Shown piece by piece: positions 30,908 to 39,562 of a DNA stretch of 64,000 nucleotides. The first letter of the stretch is position 1, and every line of letters starts with the position of its first letter. Under the pieces are notes generated by a model that worked only from the letters and a program-made list of their open reading frames with translations, was not told where the DNA came from and made no database searches. The stretch spans positions 1,056,001-1,120,000 of the forward strand of contig CAVYGB010000002.1 in NCBI GenBank assembly GCA_963767925.1, written 5' to 3'. This DNA comes from an uncultured delta proteobacterium. GTDB taxonomy: Bacteria; Myxococcota_A; Polyangia; Fen-1088. The translations under genes were made by a program, and so were the position numbers.

Positions 30908-32266
30908 GTGCCCGTCCTGCGCAACATCGGGCGGCTGCTCACCTGCCGCGCCCCGCGCGACCAGGCCGACGTGTCGGCCCTGACCGGCGCCGCCCTCGCC
31001 TTCCGCGACGGGCGCGTGATCTGGGTGGGGCGCGAGCGCGACCTGCCCGCCCGCGCCGACGACGGCGTCGCCTGGGACGCGCAGGGCAAGCTGGTGCTCC
31101 CCGGGCTGGTCGACGCCCACACCCACCTGGCCTTCGGCGGCTGGCGGGTGGAGGACTTCGTGGCCCGGATCCGCGGTGAGAGCTACCTCGACATCGCCCG
31201 TCGGGGTGGCGGCATCGTCTCGACGGTGAAGAAGACGCGCGCCGCCACCGCCGAGGCGCTGTACGCCCGCTGCCGGGGCTTTCTGCAGGCGATGCTCGCC
31301 CTCGGCGTCACGACCGTGGAGGCCAAGAGCGGCTACGGCCTCGACCTGCGCACGGAGGCGCGGGTGCTCGCGGTCTACGCCGCCCTGGCCCGCCGGGGCC
31401 CGCAGCGCCTGGTGCCGACCTACCTCGGCGCCCACGTGGTGCCCCCCGAATACCGCACCCGCCGCGCTGGCTACGTCGCCCTTGTCGAGCGGGCGGTGGC
31501 CGATCTGGCGGCCGACGGGCTGGCCCGCTTCGTCGACGTCTTCGTCGAGGAGGGGGCCTTCGACGTGGCCGAGGCCCGCCGGCTGGCGGCCGCCGCCCGC
31601 GCCGCCGGGCTGGGCCTCAAGCTGCACGTCGATCAGCTCGGCGCTGGCGGCGGGGCGGAGCTGGCCGCCGAGCTGGGCGCCGTCTCGGCCGATCACCTCG
31701 AGCACACCTCCCGGCGGGGCATGACCGCGCTGGCCCGGGCCGGCGTTGTCGGCGTCTGCTTGCCGCTGGCCAGCCTCTACCTCGGCAGCAAGCCGGCCCC
31801 CGCCCGGGCCCTGGTCAGCGCCGGCGTCCCGGTCGCCATCGCCAGCGACTTCAACCCCGGCAGCGCCCCCAGCTACCACCTGCCGCTGGCCCTCACCCTG
31901 GCCGCCACCCAGCTTCGCCTGACCCCGGCCGAGGCGGTCAAGGGCGCCACCCGCTTCGCCGCCCGCGCGGTCGGCCTGGAGGACGAGGTTGGTGCGCTGG
32001 AGGTCGGCAAGGCCGCCGACTTCATCGTCATCGACGCCCCCGACGAGGATCACTGGCTCTACCACTTCCGGGCCAACGCGACCCTGCTGACCGTGACCGG
32101 CGGGGTGGCCCGCTGGCGCGCCCCCCGCTTCCGGGAGACCGACGGCCCCCGCGGCGAGTCGGCGAGCGAGCGGCGTCAGCGGGCGCGCGAGCGGCGGCCC
32201 CCGGACGCGCGCGGCGGCGGCCGGGGCGGCGCGGGGCGGAGCGCTTCCCGGCAGGCCGACGAGTAG
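30908..32266 (+). CDS. hutI: Imidazolonepropionase
   Basis: PGLVDAHTHL, GGGIVSTV, EAKSGYGL, GAH, HVDQL, SADHLE, SDFNPGS. Confidence 0.95.
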   Translation: MPVLRNIGRLLTCRAPRDQADVSALTGAALAFRDGRVIWVGRERDLPARADDGVAWDAQGKLVLPGLVDAHTHLAFGGWRVEDFVARIRGESYLDIARRGGGIVSTVKKTRAATAEALYARCRGFLQAMLALGVTTVEAKSGYGLDLRTEARVLAVYAALARRGPQRLVPTYLGAHVVPPEYRTRRAGYVALVERAVADLAADGLARFVDVFVEEGAFDVAEARRLAAAARAAGLGLKLHVDQLGAGGGAELAAELGAVSADHLEHTSRRGMTALARAGVVGVCLPLASLYLGSKPAPARALVSAGVPVAIASDFNPGSAPSYHLPLALTLAATQLRLTPAEAVKGATRFAARAVGLEDEVGALEVGKAADFIVIDAPDEDHWLYHFRANATLLTVTGGVARWRAPRFRETDGPRGESASERRQRARERRPPDARGGGRGGAGRSASRQADE

Positions 32267-33237
32267 CCCTCGAGGCGCAGGGCCAGGGGGGCCACCTCGA
32301 TCCAGCGCGTGCCGTCGCCCTGGCCGAGGTCCCCCTCGCGCTTGATCCGCAACACCTCGATGCGGCCGTCGGCCGGCGCCAGCACCAGCGGGCGCAGCAT
32401 CACGGTGAGCCGCGGGTCGTGGGTGTGGTAATCGGAGATCTCGCTGCCCGAGACCGCCCCGAGATCCTCGACGGTCATCGTCACCCGCACCAGCCCGGCC
32501 GGCACGGCCGTGAAGCGAAAGTTCCCCTGCCCCGAGGTGAACACCGGGCTGCGGGCCGCGCCGCCCGCGCCGGTCAGCTCCACGCAGGCCCGCTCCACCG
32601 GATTGCCGTCGCGATCACGCACGAACCCCGCGATCTCCGCCTGCCCGGGTGGCTTCACCCGCACCTCGAAGGCCACCGACGCCACCCGACCGGGAAACGG
32701 CCGCTCCGCCGCCGGCGCGGGCACGGCTGGCGGGGCGGTCGCGGAGCCCGGCTTTGCCCCGGCGTCGCCAGCCAACACGGCGGGCGGCTGAGCCCCGTCT
32801 GCGCCTGACTCCTTCGTTCCCGTTCCCGCCGGCGGCGGCGGGGCCGGCTCGACGGCGCCGCCCACCCAGGCCTCCGACTCCGGCGCCGCCGCGGAGCCCG
32901 CCGGTCGGGCGGGCGCGCCCGCGCAGGCAGCGGCGAGCACCGCCAGCGCAGCGAACGCTTCGAACCGCAGAACGCGGGCAGACCCCTCACCCCTCCCTCT
33001 CCCCGCTGCCGCGGGGCGAGGGCGAACGATTGGCCGGATGCCGGGATCATCCTTCGAACCGACCGCTCGAGAGCGGAATCGCCCCGAGCGCTCGACTTCA
33101 CCCGGCCCGTTCGCCCTCGCCCCGCGCAGCGGGGAGAGGGAGGGGTGAGGGGTCTCCGACTTGACCGGACCGTGCTCTTGCGGCGCCGCCCACCGCCGGG
33201 TGCTCTCCAGAACGGCGGATCGGCTCGCGCGCCTCAT
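32176..33237 (-). CDS. Lipoprotein with a carboxypeptidase-regulatory-like (beta-sandwich) domain; start uncertain because a MITE overlaps the 5' end
   Basis: LAVLAAAC lipobox, IAGFVRDRDGNPV..VFTSGQGNFRFTAVPAG. Confidence 0.6.
   Translation of the reverse strand: MRRASRSAVLESTRRWAAPQEHGPVKSETPHPSLSPLRGARANGPGEVERSGRFRSRAVGSKDDPGIRPIVRPRPAAAGRGRGEGSARVLRFEAFAALAVLAAACAGAPARPAGSAAAPESEAWVGGAVEPAPPPPAGTGTKESGADGAQPPAVLAGDAGAKPGSATAPPAVPAPAAERPFPGRVASVAFEVRVKPPGQAEIAGFVRDRDGNPVERACVELTGAGGAARSPVFTSGQGNFRFTAVPAGLVRVTMTVEDLGAVSGSEISDYHTHDPRLTVMLRPLVLAPADGRIEVLRIKREGDLGQGDGTRWIEVAPLALRLEGYSSACREALRPAPPRPPPRASGGRRSRAR
32980..33155. repeat. REP/MITE-like element with ~48-bp inverted arms
   Basis: Arms 32980-33028 (AGACCCCTCACCCCTCCCTCTCCCCGC..GGGCGAACG) and 33108-33155. 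Confidence 0.85.
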
Positions 33238-33334
33238 GGTCCCTCCACCGCCGGCCCGCGCCCGCGGGCCTTGGCTATTGACTCTCCGCCGCGGATCTTG
33301 CCCCATGATGCCGAGGTATCAAGCAGGAAACGGG

Positions 33335-34312
33335 ATGACGGTCTTCCGGCCGGCCGAGATCGCGCTGCCCAGCACCGCGCCCGACGACCCGCGCGTCGGC
33401 CATCTGCTCGGACGCAGCCTGGCCGGTCGCAGCTCCGCGCGCGCCGTGATCATCGGCTTCCCCACCGACGAGGGCGTGCGCCGCAACGGCGGTCGCCCGG
33501 GCGCCTCCGCGGCGCCGATGGAGATCCGCCGCCTGCTCTACCGGATGACCCCCGACGCCGCCAACCCGGCGCCGTTCATCGAGCTGCTGCGCCACACCCT
33601 CGACGTCGGCGACCTCGACACCTCCTCCGATCTCGAGGCCGACCAGCAGCGCCTGGGCGACGTGGTGGCCGACGTGCTCGCCGCCGGCGCCTTTCCCATC
33701 GTCCTCGGCGGCGGACACGAGACCGCCTACGGCCACTTCCTCGGGTACGTCAAGATCGGCCGCGCCCTCACGCTGCTGAACTGGGACGCCCACGCCGACG
33801 TGCGCGAGCCGTCCGGCGGGCTTGGCCACTCCGGCTCGCCCTTCCGGCAGGCGCTGATGCACCCCTCGCGCCTGGCCCGTCGCTACGTCGTCGCCGGGCT
33901 GCTGCCCCACTCGGTGGCCGCCGCCCACGTCGAGCTCGTGCGCAGCCGCAAGGGCGACGCCATCTTCCGTTCGGCGCTCACCGTCGCCCGCGTGCGGGCG
34001 CTCTACAAAGCCCTGCGCGCCCCGGCCCTGGCCAGCTTCGACATCGACGCCGTCGATCAGGCCTTCGCCCCCGGCGTGAGCGCCCCGGCCGCCGGCGGGC
34101 TGCCCCCCGACCTCTGGCTGGAGGCCGCCTTCGAGGCCGGCCGCACCCGCGCCGTGACCTCCTTCGACCTGGTCGAGCTCAACCCGACCTACGACCGGGA
34201 CCACCAGACCGCCCGCCTCGGGGCCCTGACCGTGTGGTCGCTCTTGCGGGGTCTCGCTGCGCGCGGGCCCGCTGCGCGTCGAAACCCTGCCGCAACAAAG
34301 CGGATACCTTAG
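33335..34312 (+). CDS. hutG: Formimidoylglutamase (arginase family)
   Basis: DEGVRRNGGRPGA, LGGGHETAYG, NWDAHAD, SGSPF, DIDA..PGVSAP, ELNP. Confidence 0.93.
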   Translation: MTVFRPAEIALPSTAPDDPRVGHLLGRSLAGRSSARAVIIGFPTDEGVRRNGGRPGASAAPMEIRRLLYRMTPDAANPAPFIELLRHTLDVGDLDTSSDLEADQQRLGDVVADVLAAGAFPIVLGGGHETAYGHFLGYVKIGRALTLLNWDAHADVREPSGGLGHSGSPFRQALMHPSRLARRYVVAGLLPHSVAAAHVELVRSRKGDAIFRSALTVARVRALYKALRAPALASFDIDAVDQAFAPGVSAPAAGGLPPDLWLEAAFEAGRTRAVTSFDLVELNPTYDRDHQTARLGALTVWSLLRGLAARGPAARRNPAATKRIP

Positions 34313-34585
34313 CTGGATACAGCAAGATCCCGATTTCGGGAGTTCTCCTCTAGTTTCCGGGGCTTGCCGTCATTTGCGACGAAACCGGAGCTTGTAGTGA
34401 ATCGTGGGCTGGGGTACGAAAAGACACGACAACGCAGGTTGTAAACCCGAGCACCGCGTGAACAGTGCGCTGGAATACTAAAAAGGTGCACGTGGGGCGC
34501 GCGTTCAACCACTATCACTCACGTTGACGCCTTCATCGGGTCCCACCCGCAAGGCCCCAAGTCCCGCTCCAGGAGGCACTACACC

Positions 34586-35539
34586 ATGTCATTTTCGTCG
34601 CTGAGGATGGGGGCCCTGATGGCCGTGTTGGCAATCTCGGCCTGTGATACGACAGGCGCCGTCGAAGGACCGCGCCTCCCGCCCGGTGCTGCCCCGCCGA
34701 GCATCGCCGAGATGCCTCCGGTGAGCGCGCCCGTTCGCAACGATGCCCTGTACCGCCGGCTCGGCGGCGACGGCGGCATCCGCACCGTGATGAACGACTT
34801 CGTGAACCGGGTCGCCGCCGACCCGCGCATCAACGGCTACTTCCTCAACGCCCGCGTGAGCGCCACGCGCGTCGTCGAGTGCCTCGTGCTCCAGGTCGGC
34901 TTCCTGACCGGCGGTCCTTACGGCTACCCCTCGGCCGGCTGCCGGGACATGCGGACCGTCCACACTGGCATGAACATCTCGAAGGCCGACTTCGACGACA
35001 CCGCCGGTCACCTCATCGCCGCCCTCAACGCCGCCCGCGTCTCGACCAGCGACGTGAACACCATCGTCGGCGCCGTGGCCGCGACCGCCCCCGAGATCGT
35101 CGAGGATCCCGCGAACAACCGCAGCGTCTACCACCGCGTCGGCCGCAAGCCCGCCATCGAGGCGGTCGTGCTGGCCTTCATGCGCGACGTGTTCAACGAC
35201 CCGCGCATCAGCGGCTTCTTCGCGGGCGGCAACGCCGAACGCCTGCGCACCTGTCTCATCCGCCAGGTCTGCAGCATCGACGGCCCCTGCAAATACGGGG
35301 AAGAGGTCGACGGCGAGCCGGGGGTGGCGCGCGCCAACCCCTGCAAGGACATGATCTCGAGCCACCGGGGCATCGCCAGCCCACGCGCCATCACCAAGGC
35401 CGACTTCGACGCCCTGGTGCAGGTGCTGGTGGGCGTGCTCGATCGGGCCGGCGTCCCCGCGGCCGACAAGATGGCCCTGCTGGGCGCCCTCGGCCCCCTG
35501 TGCCGGGACATCGTCGCGGGCGGCACCGGCTGCCCCTGA
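34586..35539 (+). CDS. Lipoprotein with two tandem group-I truncated hemoglobin domains
   Basis: LAISAC lipobox; LYRRLGG..DPRINGYF..GGPYGY..DMRTVH and VYHRVG..DPRISGFF..GPCKY..DMISSH. Confidence 0.85.
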   Translation: MSFSSLRMGALMAVLAISACDTTGAVEGPRLPPGAAPPSIAEMPPVSAPVRNDALYRRLGGDGGIRTVMNDFVNRVAADPRINGYFLNARVSATRVVECLVLQVGFLTGGPYGYPSAGCRDMRTVHTGMNISKADFDDTAGHLIAALNAARVSTSDVNTIVGAVAATAPEIVEDPANNRSVYHRVGRKPAIEAVVLAFMRDVFNDPRISGFFAGGNAERLRTCLIRQVCSIDGPCKYGEEVDGEPGVARANPCKDMISSHRGIASPRAITKADFDALVQVLVGVLDRAGVPAADKMALLGALGPLCRDIVAGGTGCP

Positions 35540-35621
35540 CCCCCCCGCGTCTCCGAGGATCCGATCGCCGAGGGTCCCCTGCCGTGAAGTCGCCCCTGAT
35601 CCCTGCCGCGCCGGAGGCCCG

Positions 35622-36431
35622 TTGAGTCGGCTGTCCGGCGTGCGCCCCGTCCTGGTGCCCGTGCTGGTGGGCGGCCTCGTCGCCGTCCTCGTCGGGCTCG
35701 GCTGGGCGAGCTGGTCGTACCGGCGGATGGCCGACGCCGCCATCGACGCCCGCTTCGCCCCCTTGCTGGCCGATCCGCCGCCCGGCCCGCGCAGTCCCCG
35801 CTCCGACGCCTTCGGCGTGCAGGTCGGCCGCACGACAATGGCCGAGGCGCAGGCCCTCGCCCGCAAGCTCGGCGTGGACTGCCCCGACACGAGCGCGCGC
35901 GCCCTGATGGCCGGGGCCCGCGCCCACCGCGAGCGCGAAGCCGAAGAGCGCAAGCGCAAGGGCCTCCCCCCCGACGCCGTCAGCGGCGCCTCAAAGCGCA
36001 AGGGCCCCAGCCCGATGGAGCGCAACCCGCAGGTCCGCCTGAGCTGCGAGGGCCTGGCCACCTCCCTCCTCACCGACCGCACCCGCGCCGCCATCGCCGA
36101 AGGCCGCCTGCTGTTCGTGTTCGACCGCCCCGACCAGCCCCTGCGCCACGTCTCGTACCAGCGCACCCTCCCCGATCCCGACCTGGCCCGCCGCGAGCTC
36201 GACGCCGCCGTCGCCGACTACCGCAAGCTCTACGGCCCCCCCACCAAGACGCCGACCACCCCCTCCGGCCCCCTCCCCTGGCTCTCCCCCGTCGACTACG
36301 AGTGGAACTTCACCGACCTCACCGTCCGCCTCGCCGCCCTCAACTTCGGCGGCACCCGCGGCACCATGCTCACCGAGCTGGTAGAAGTCCCCCTCCCCCT
36401 CCGCCCCAACGCCCCCACCGACCCCCGCTGA
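35622..36431 (+). CDS. Hypothetical membrane-anchored protein
   Basis: N-terminal TM segment and strong GC3 bias. Confidence 0.7.
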   Translation: MSRLSGVRPVLVPVLVGGLVAVLVGLGWASWSYRRMADAAIDARFAPLLADPPPGPRSPRSDAFGVQVGRTTMAEAQALARKLGVDCPDTSARALMAGARAHREREAEERKRKGLPPDAVSGASKRKGPSPMERNPQVRLSCEGLATSLLTDRTRAAIAEGRLLFVFDRPDQPLRHVSYQRTLPDPDLARRELDAAVADYRKLYGPPTKTPTTPSGPLPWLSPVDYEWNFTDLTVRLAALNFGGTRGTMLTELVEVPLPLRPNAPTDPR

Positions 36432-36593
36432 CGCTGGGGTTGATTTGGAACGGCCCGAGCGCGGCAGTCCTGAGCCGCTCCTTTTGTCGCCTCCTAAGAG
36501 CAAGCCGCAGAAACCTGTGAAAATCTGCGGTGGCCTTGGACGTGAGATGCGGAGATCGAGACGCGTGGTCGTGTGCGAGCCCGTGTTCGTGTT

Positions 36594-38618
36594 GTCGGGT
36601 AGCCCGAGGCAGTTACCCACCCCGGGCCCCCACCGGAACCGGACAAGGAGATTTCCACCATCCGGCTCTTCCGCCGAGACGTCTCACGTCAGCTTTGCCC
36701 AGAGCTGAACTTTCAGCCGTGGGCGCGGCAGCGGGAATGCTCGAAGAAGGTCCCCGAAGCGCTGCCAGTTCAGGCGCGTGCGGTTGCTCCGGCGTCGCAG
36801 CCACCGGTACCAGATTCTCTCCGCGGCCCTCACGAGCCGGGAAATGCAGGCCAGGTTGCCGTTGACGCCGAAGTAGTTGATATGTCCGCTGATGCGCCTG
36901 CAGAGCGAGGCGTGCTGCTCCTTGACCGGCTCGTGTCGGTGGCGCCGACAGAAGTCGTTGATGGCTTGCTTGGCCCTCTGGAGCCTCGCCTTTCGGGTTT
37001 TGAAGTTCTGCCCCCAGTGTCCCTTCCGGGTCTTCTGCCACAAGAGCGTGAAACCCAGAAAGTCGAAGCTTCCCGGTCCCTTGCCTCCATCGTGCCGTGA
37101 TGACGGCCTTTTGAAGGGCACGAGCCGTGTCTTCTCTGGATGCAGTCGCAGGCCGTTCTCCGCCATCCGCTGTCGCAGCATCGCCATCACCATCTCGGCC
37201 TCTTCGGGTCGCTCGAAGCCGATGACCAGGTCGTCCGCGTACCTGACGAGGCAGGTTTTGCCTTGCAGCCGCGGCCTGACCTGTCGGTCGAGCCACACGT
37301 CCAGGACGTGGTGCAGGTAGATGTTGCCCAGCATTGGCGAAAGCACCGACCCTTGTGCCGTACCCACGTCCGGCTCGGTGTAATCCTCGCCGTCGAGCAC
37401 TCCCACGTGGAGGCACTTGCCCACGAGTCGCATGAACGACTCGTCGTTCACCCGCAGCCGGAGCATCTCCATCAGCTTTTTGCGGTCGATGCTGTCGAAG
37501 AAGGACTCTATGTCAGCCTCCAGCACCACGTTCACTTCGCCTCGCATGCACGCCGCGTTCAGGGTCCGCAGCGCATCGTGCGCGCTTCTTCCGGGTCGGA
37601 AGCCATACGAGCAGTCCAGAAAGTCCTGTTCGTAGATAGCTCCCAGCACCATCGTCAGCGCGTTTTGCACGACTTTGTCCTCAATGGTCGAGATGCCGAT
37701 CGGACGCGTTTTCCCCGGGGCTTTCGGGATGTGCACCCGCCGAATCGGTTGGTGGCGATATCGCACCTCCTTCATCCGCGTGTGCAGCCCCCGGATGTTG
37801 TCATCCAGGTGCGCTCCGTACTGCTCCTTGGTCACCCCATCGACGCCCACCGCCGCATCCTTGCGGATGCGGCCGAACGCCTCCTTCATCAGCTCCTCGT
37901 CCATCAGGTATGCCAGCGCGAGCAACCGGGCTTCGGGTTCCCGTTTCGCTCTCTCCGCTACCTTCATCAGTTTCGGTGACAGGTTCGTCGACGTCTTGGC
38001 GCCGCTCATGTTCCCCCTCTGAAGTTCGTCTCGACACGGGCCCCCTTTGCTCGGCCGGGTCCGGGTGCCTTCCGTTCCCCGACGTCTTCGCTCTTATTGG
38101 GCCCTCCGACGCCTCGCCTTCTTCAGCCGCCGCTCCGGTCGTCCCTCGCTGCGCGGCCCACCTCGGTCGGGCGCTTCTTCTGTACCGGCCGTCGGTGCAC
38201 CCTCGACCCACGGCGCGTCGGAGATTCTTGGGCAGGCTCCCCGTTTGGCCTGAGTTGCCCGAGGAAGGGCGAGGCTCTCCCAGGTTGCTGGGTCGTCCTC
38301 TTGATACGTGCCGCGGTCCGAGACCCCGCCGAGCGCGCAGTCACCTGGCCCTTTATCGGTGACGGCGCTGCTGCCTTCAGAGAACACGAGCTCCTGGGCG
38401 CTCGGGAACCAACAGTTTCGAGGCTGTACTCACGCGGCCCGCGTCCTTGCGTGCCTACGCATCATCCGGTGACATCGCTGCCCCCGAAGCAAGGCTCGCT
38501 ACCGGCCTGCCGGGCTCGGCTCTTGCCGGGCGGGTTTCACACCCGCTGGACGACGATTCGGAATTTCATGAATCACCGCATGATTCAGTCCTTTCCGACC
38601 AGCCTTGCCTGGTCGCAC
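36594..38618 (-). mobile_element. Full-length group II intron (2,025 nt)
   Basis: 5' GTGCG at 38618, domain V GAGCCGGATGGTGGAAATCTCCTTGTCCGGTTC (36668-36636), domain VI hairpin ending CCCGAC at 36594, internal RT ORF. Confidence 0.95.
36684..38009 (-). CDS. ltrA: Group II intron reverse transcriptase/maturase, no endonuclease domain
   Basis: AVGVDG, RRVHIPK, RPIGI, SYGFRPGRS, EADIESFFD, GTAQG..SP, RYADD, HPEKT, FDFLGF, X domain GHINYF; 441 aa. Confidence 0.95.
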   Translation of the reverse strand: MSGAKTSTNLSPKLMKVAERAKREPEARLLALAYLMDEELMKEAFGRIRKDAAVGVDGVTKEQYGAHLDDNIRGLHTRMKEVRYRHQPIRRVHIPKAPGKTRPIGISTIEDKVVQNALTMVLGAIYEQDFLDCSYGFRPGRSAHDALRTLNAACMRGEVNVVLEADIESFFDSIDRKKLMEMLRLRVNDESFMRLVGKCLHVGVLDGEDYTEPDVGTAQGSVLSPMLGNIYLHHVLDVWLDRQVRPRLQGKTCLVRYADDLVIGFERPEEAEMVMAMLRQRMAENGLRLHPEKTRLVPFKRPSSRHDGGKGPGSFDFLGFTLLWQKTRKGHWGQNFKTRKARLQRAKQAINDFCRRHRHEPVKEQHASLCRRISGHINYFGVNGNLACISRLVRAAERIWYRWLRRRSNRTRLNWQRFGDLLRAFPLPRPRLKVQLWAKLT

Positions 38619-38822
38619 CGTGTTCGTGTTCGTGTGAGACGAGCGGCTAGCGGTTGGCGGTTCTCGTGCCAGAAATTTCGCTAGCCGAGGCCCGCGAGCC
38701 GAGACACGCGTACCACCCACGAACTCGAACACGAACACGCGCTCGACCACGCGCTCGACCACGACCACGGCACGACCACGCGCTCGACCACGCGCTCGAC
38801 CACGACCACGGCACGACCACGA
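38619..38822. repeat. Hexamer-based inverted tandem-repeat hairpin (left arm split by the intron, remainder at 36562-36593)
   Basis: (CGTGTT)n left arm against a GAACAC/GACCAC right arm, inner IR CGGCTAGCG..CGCTAGCCG, and a 41-bp unit duplicated at 38736-38817. Confidence 0.85.
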
Positions 38823-38837
38823 CAGCCGCGGCAGTGA

Positions 38838-39244
38838 TCAGGGCTGGTGGCGGTGCATGCCGGCGAGCCGGGTGAGCATCGCGCACAGGCGGTCGAGCAG
38901 AGACATCACCGCGTCGACCTCGGGATCGGGCGCAAGGCGAAGGATTGCGACGGCCTCCAGCGCGGCTGCAGCTTCGGACACTTCACCTCTGGCGGTGCGG
39001 AACCGTGAGATCCTATCGGCGCCCGTTCGGCTGGATGCCTCGGCGATGCCCAGGTATGCCGACAACAGCGGGGGGGGCGGGCGGCATGCCCCCGCCGTTA
39101 CAGCGCGCGCCGAAGCTGGTCCTGTAACGTCGCATACCCGCGTGGCATTCTCCGCGCAAGAGCGTCGCCCAAGCGTAGAGCATCGCGGGCCACGCAGAAA
39201 GCGTCGAGCCGATGATGGTCAAAGCTGCGGGGGCCCGGCGACAT
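38838..39244 (-). pseudogene. Four-helix-bundle protein gene interrupted by a 35-bp insertion
   Basis: FDHHRLDAF..LQDQLRRAL | LSAYLGIAE..RFRTARGEVSE..LCAMLTRL; removing 39066-39100 restores a 123-aa ORF. Confidence 0.85.
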
Positions 39245-39501
39245 AACCAAGTTATCGGCGGGGTTGGCGCTTGGTTGCGCCCGACCAGACCAGCGGCCGG
39301 GACATGCAGGGCTGCCGCCGACGGTGCGCGAGTACCAATCCAAGCGAAAATTTTCCGAGCCCGTCAGGCCGTGATCTCTACTGTCCATGACGGCACAATT
39401 CGAAGACATCCCCGAAGAGGTTTGGGAACGCACGCGCGTTTGGATTCCCAAGCGAGCACGCAGTCCCAAAGGCGGCCGACCACCGATCGGACGGACAGAA
39501 C

Positions 39502-39540
39502 AAAAAAAAGGAAGGCGGCCACCCCGCTGGGTGACCGCCT
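39502..39540 (-). terminator. Rho-independent terminator of the SodC-like gene
   Basis: Minus-strand stem AGGCGGTCACCC/GGGTGGCCGCCT followed by a T8 tract. Confidence 0.8.
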
Positions 39541-39562
39541 GTTTGTCGAGCTGAGTGGATGA

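Noticed and set aside
36684..39244. Diversity-generating retroelement (RT next to an Avd-like four-helix gene)
   Set aside because: The RT is a YADD group II maturase enclosed by complete intron ends and domains V and VI. I found no TR/VR pair with adenine-specific mismatches. The 114-bp repeat pair differs by G/A and G/T, which is not a one-strand adenine pattern, and lies over 17 kb away.
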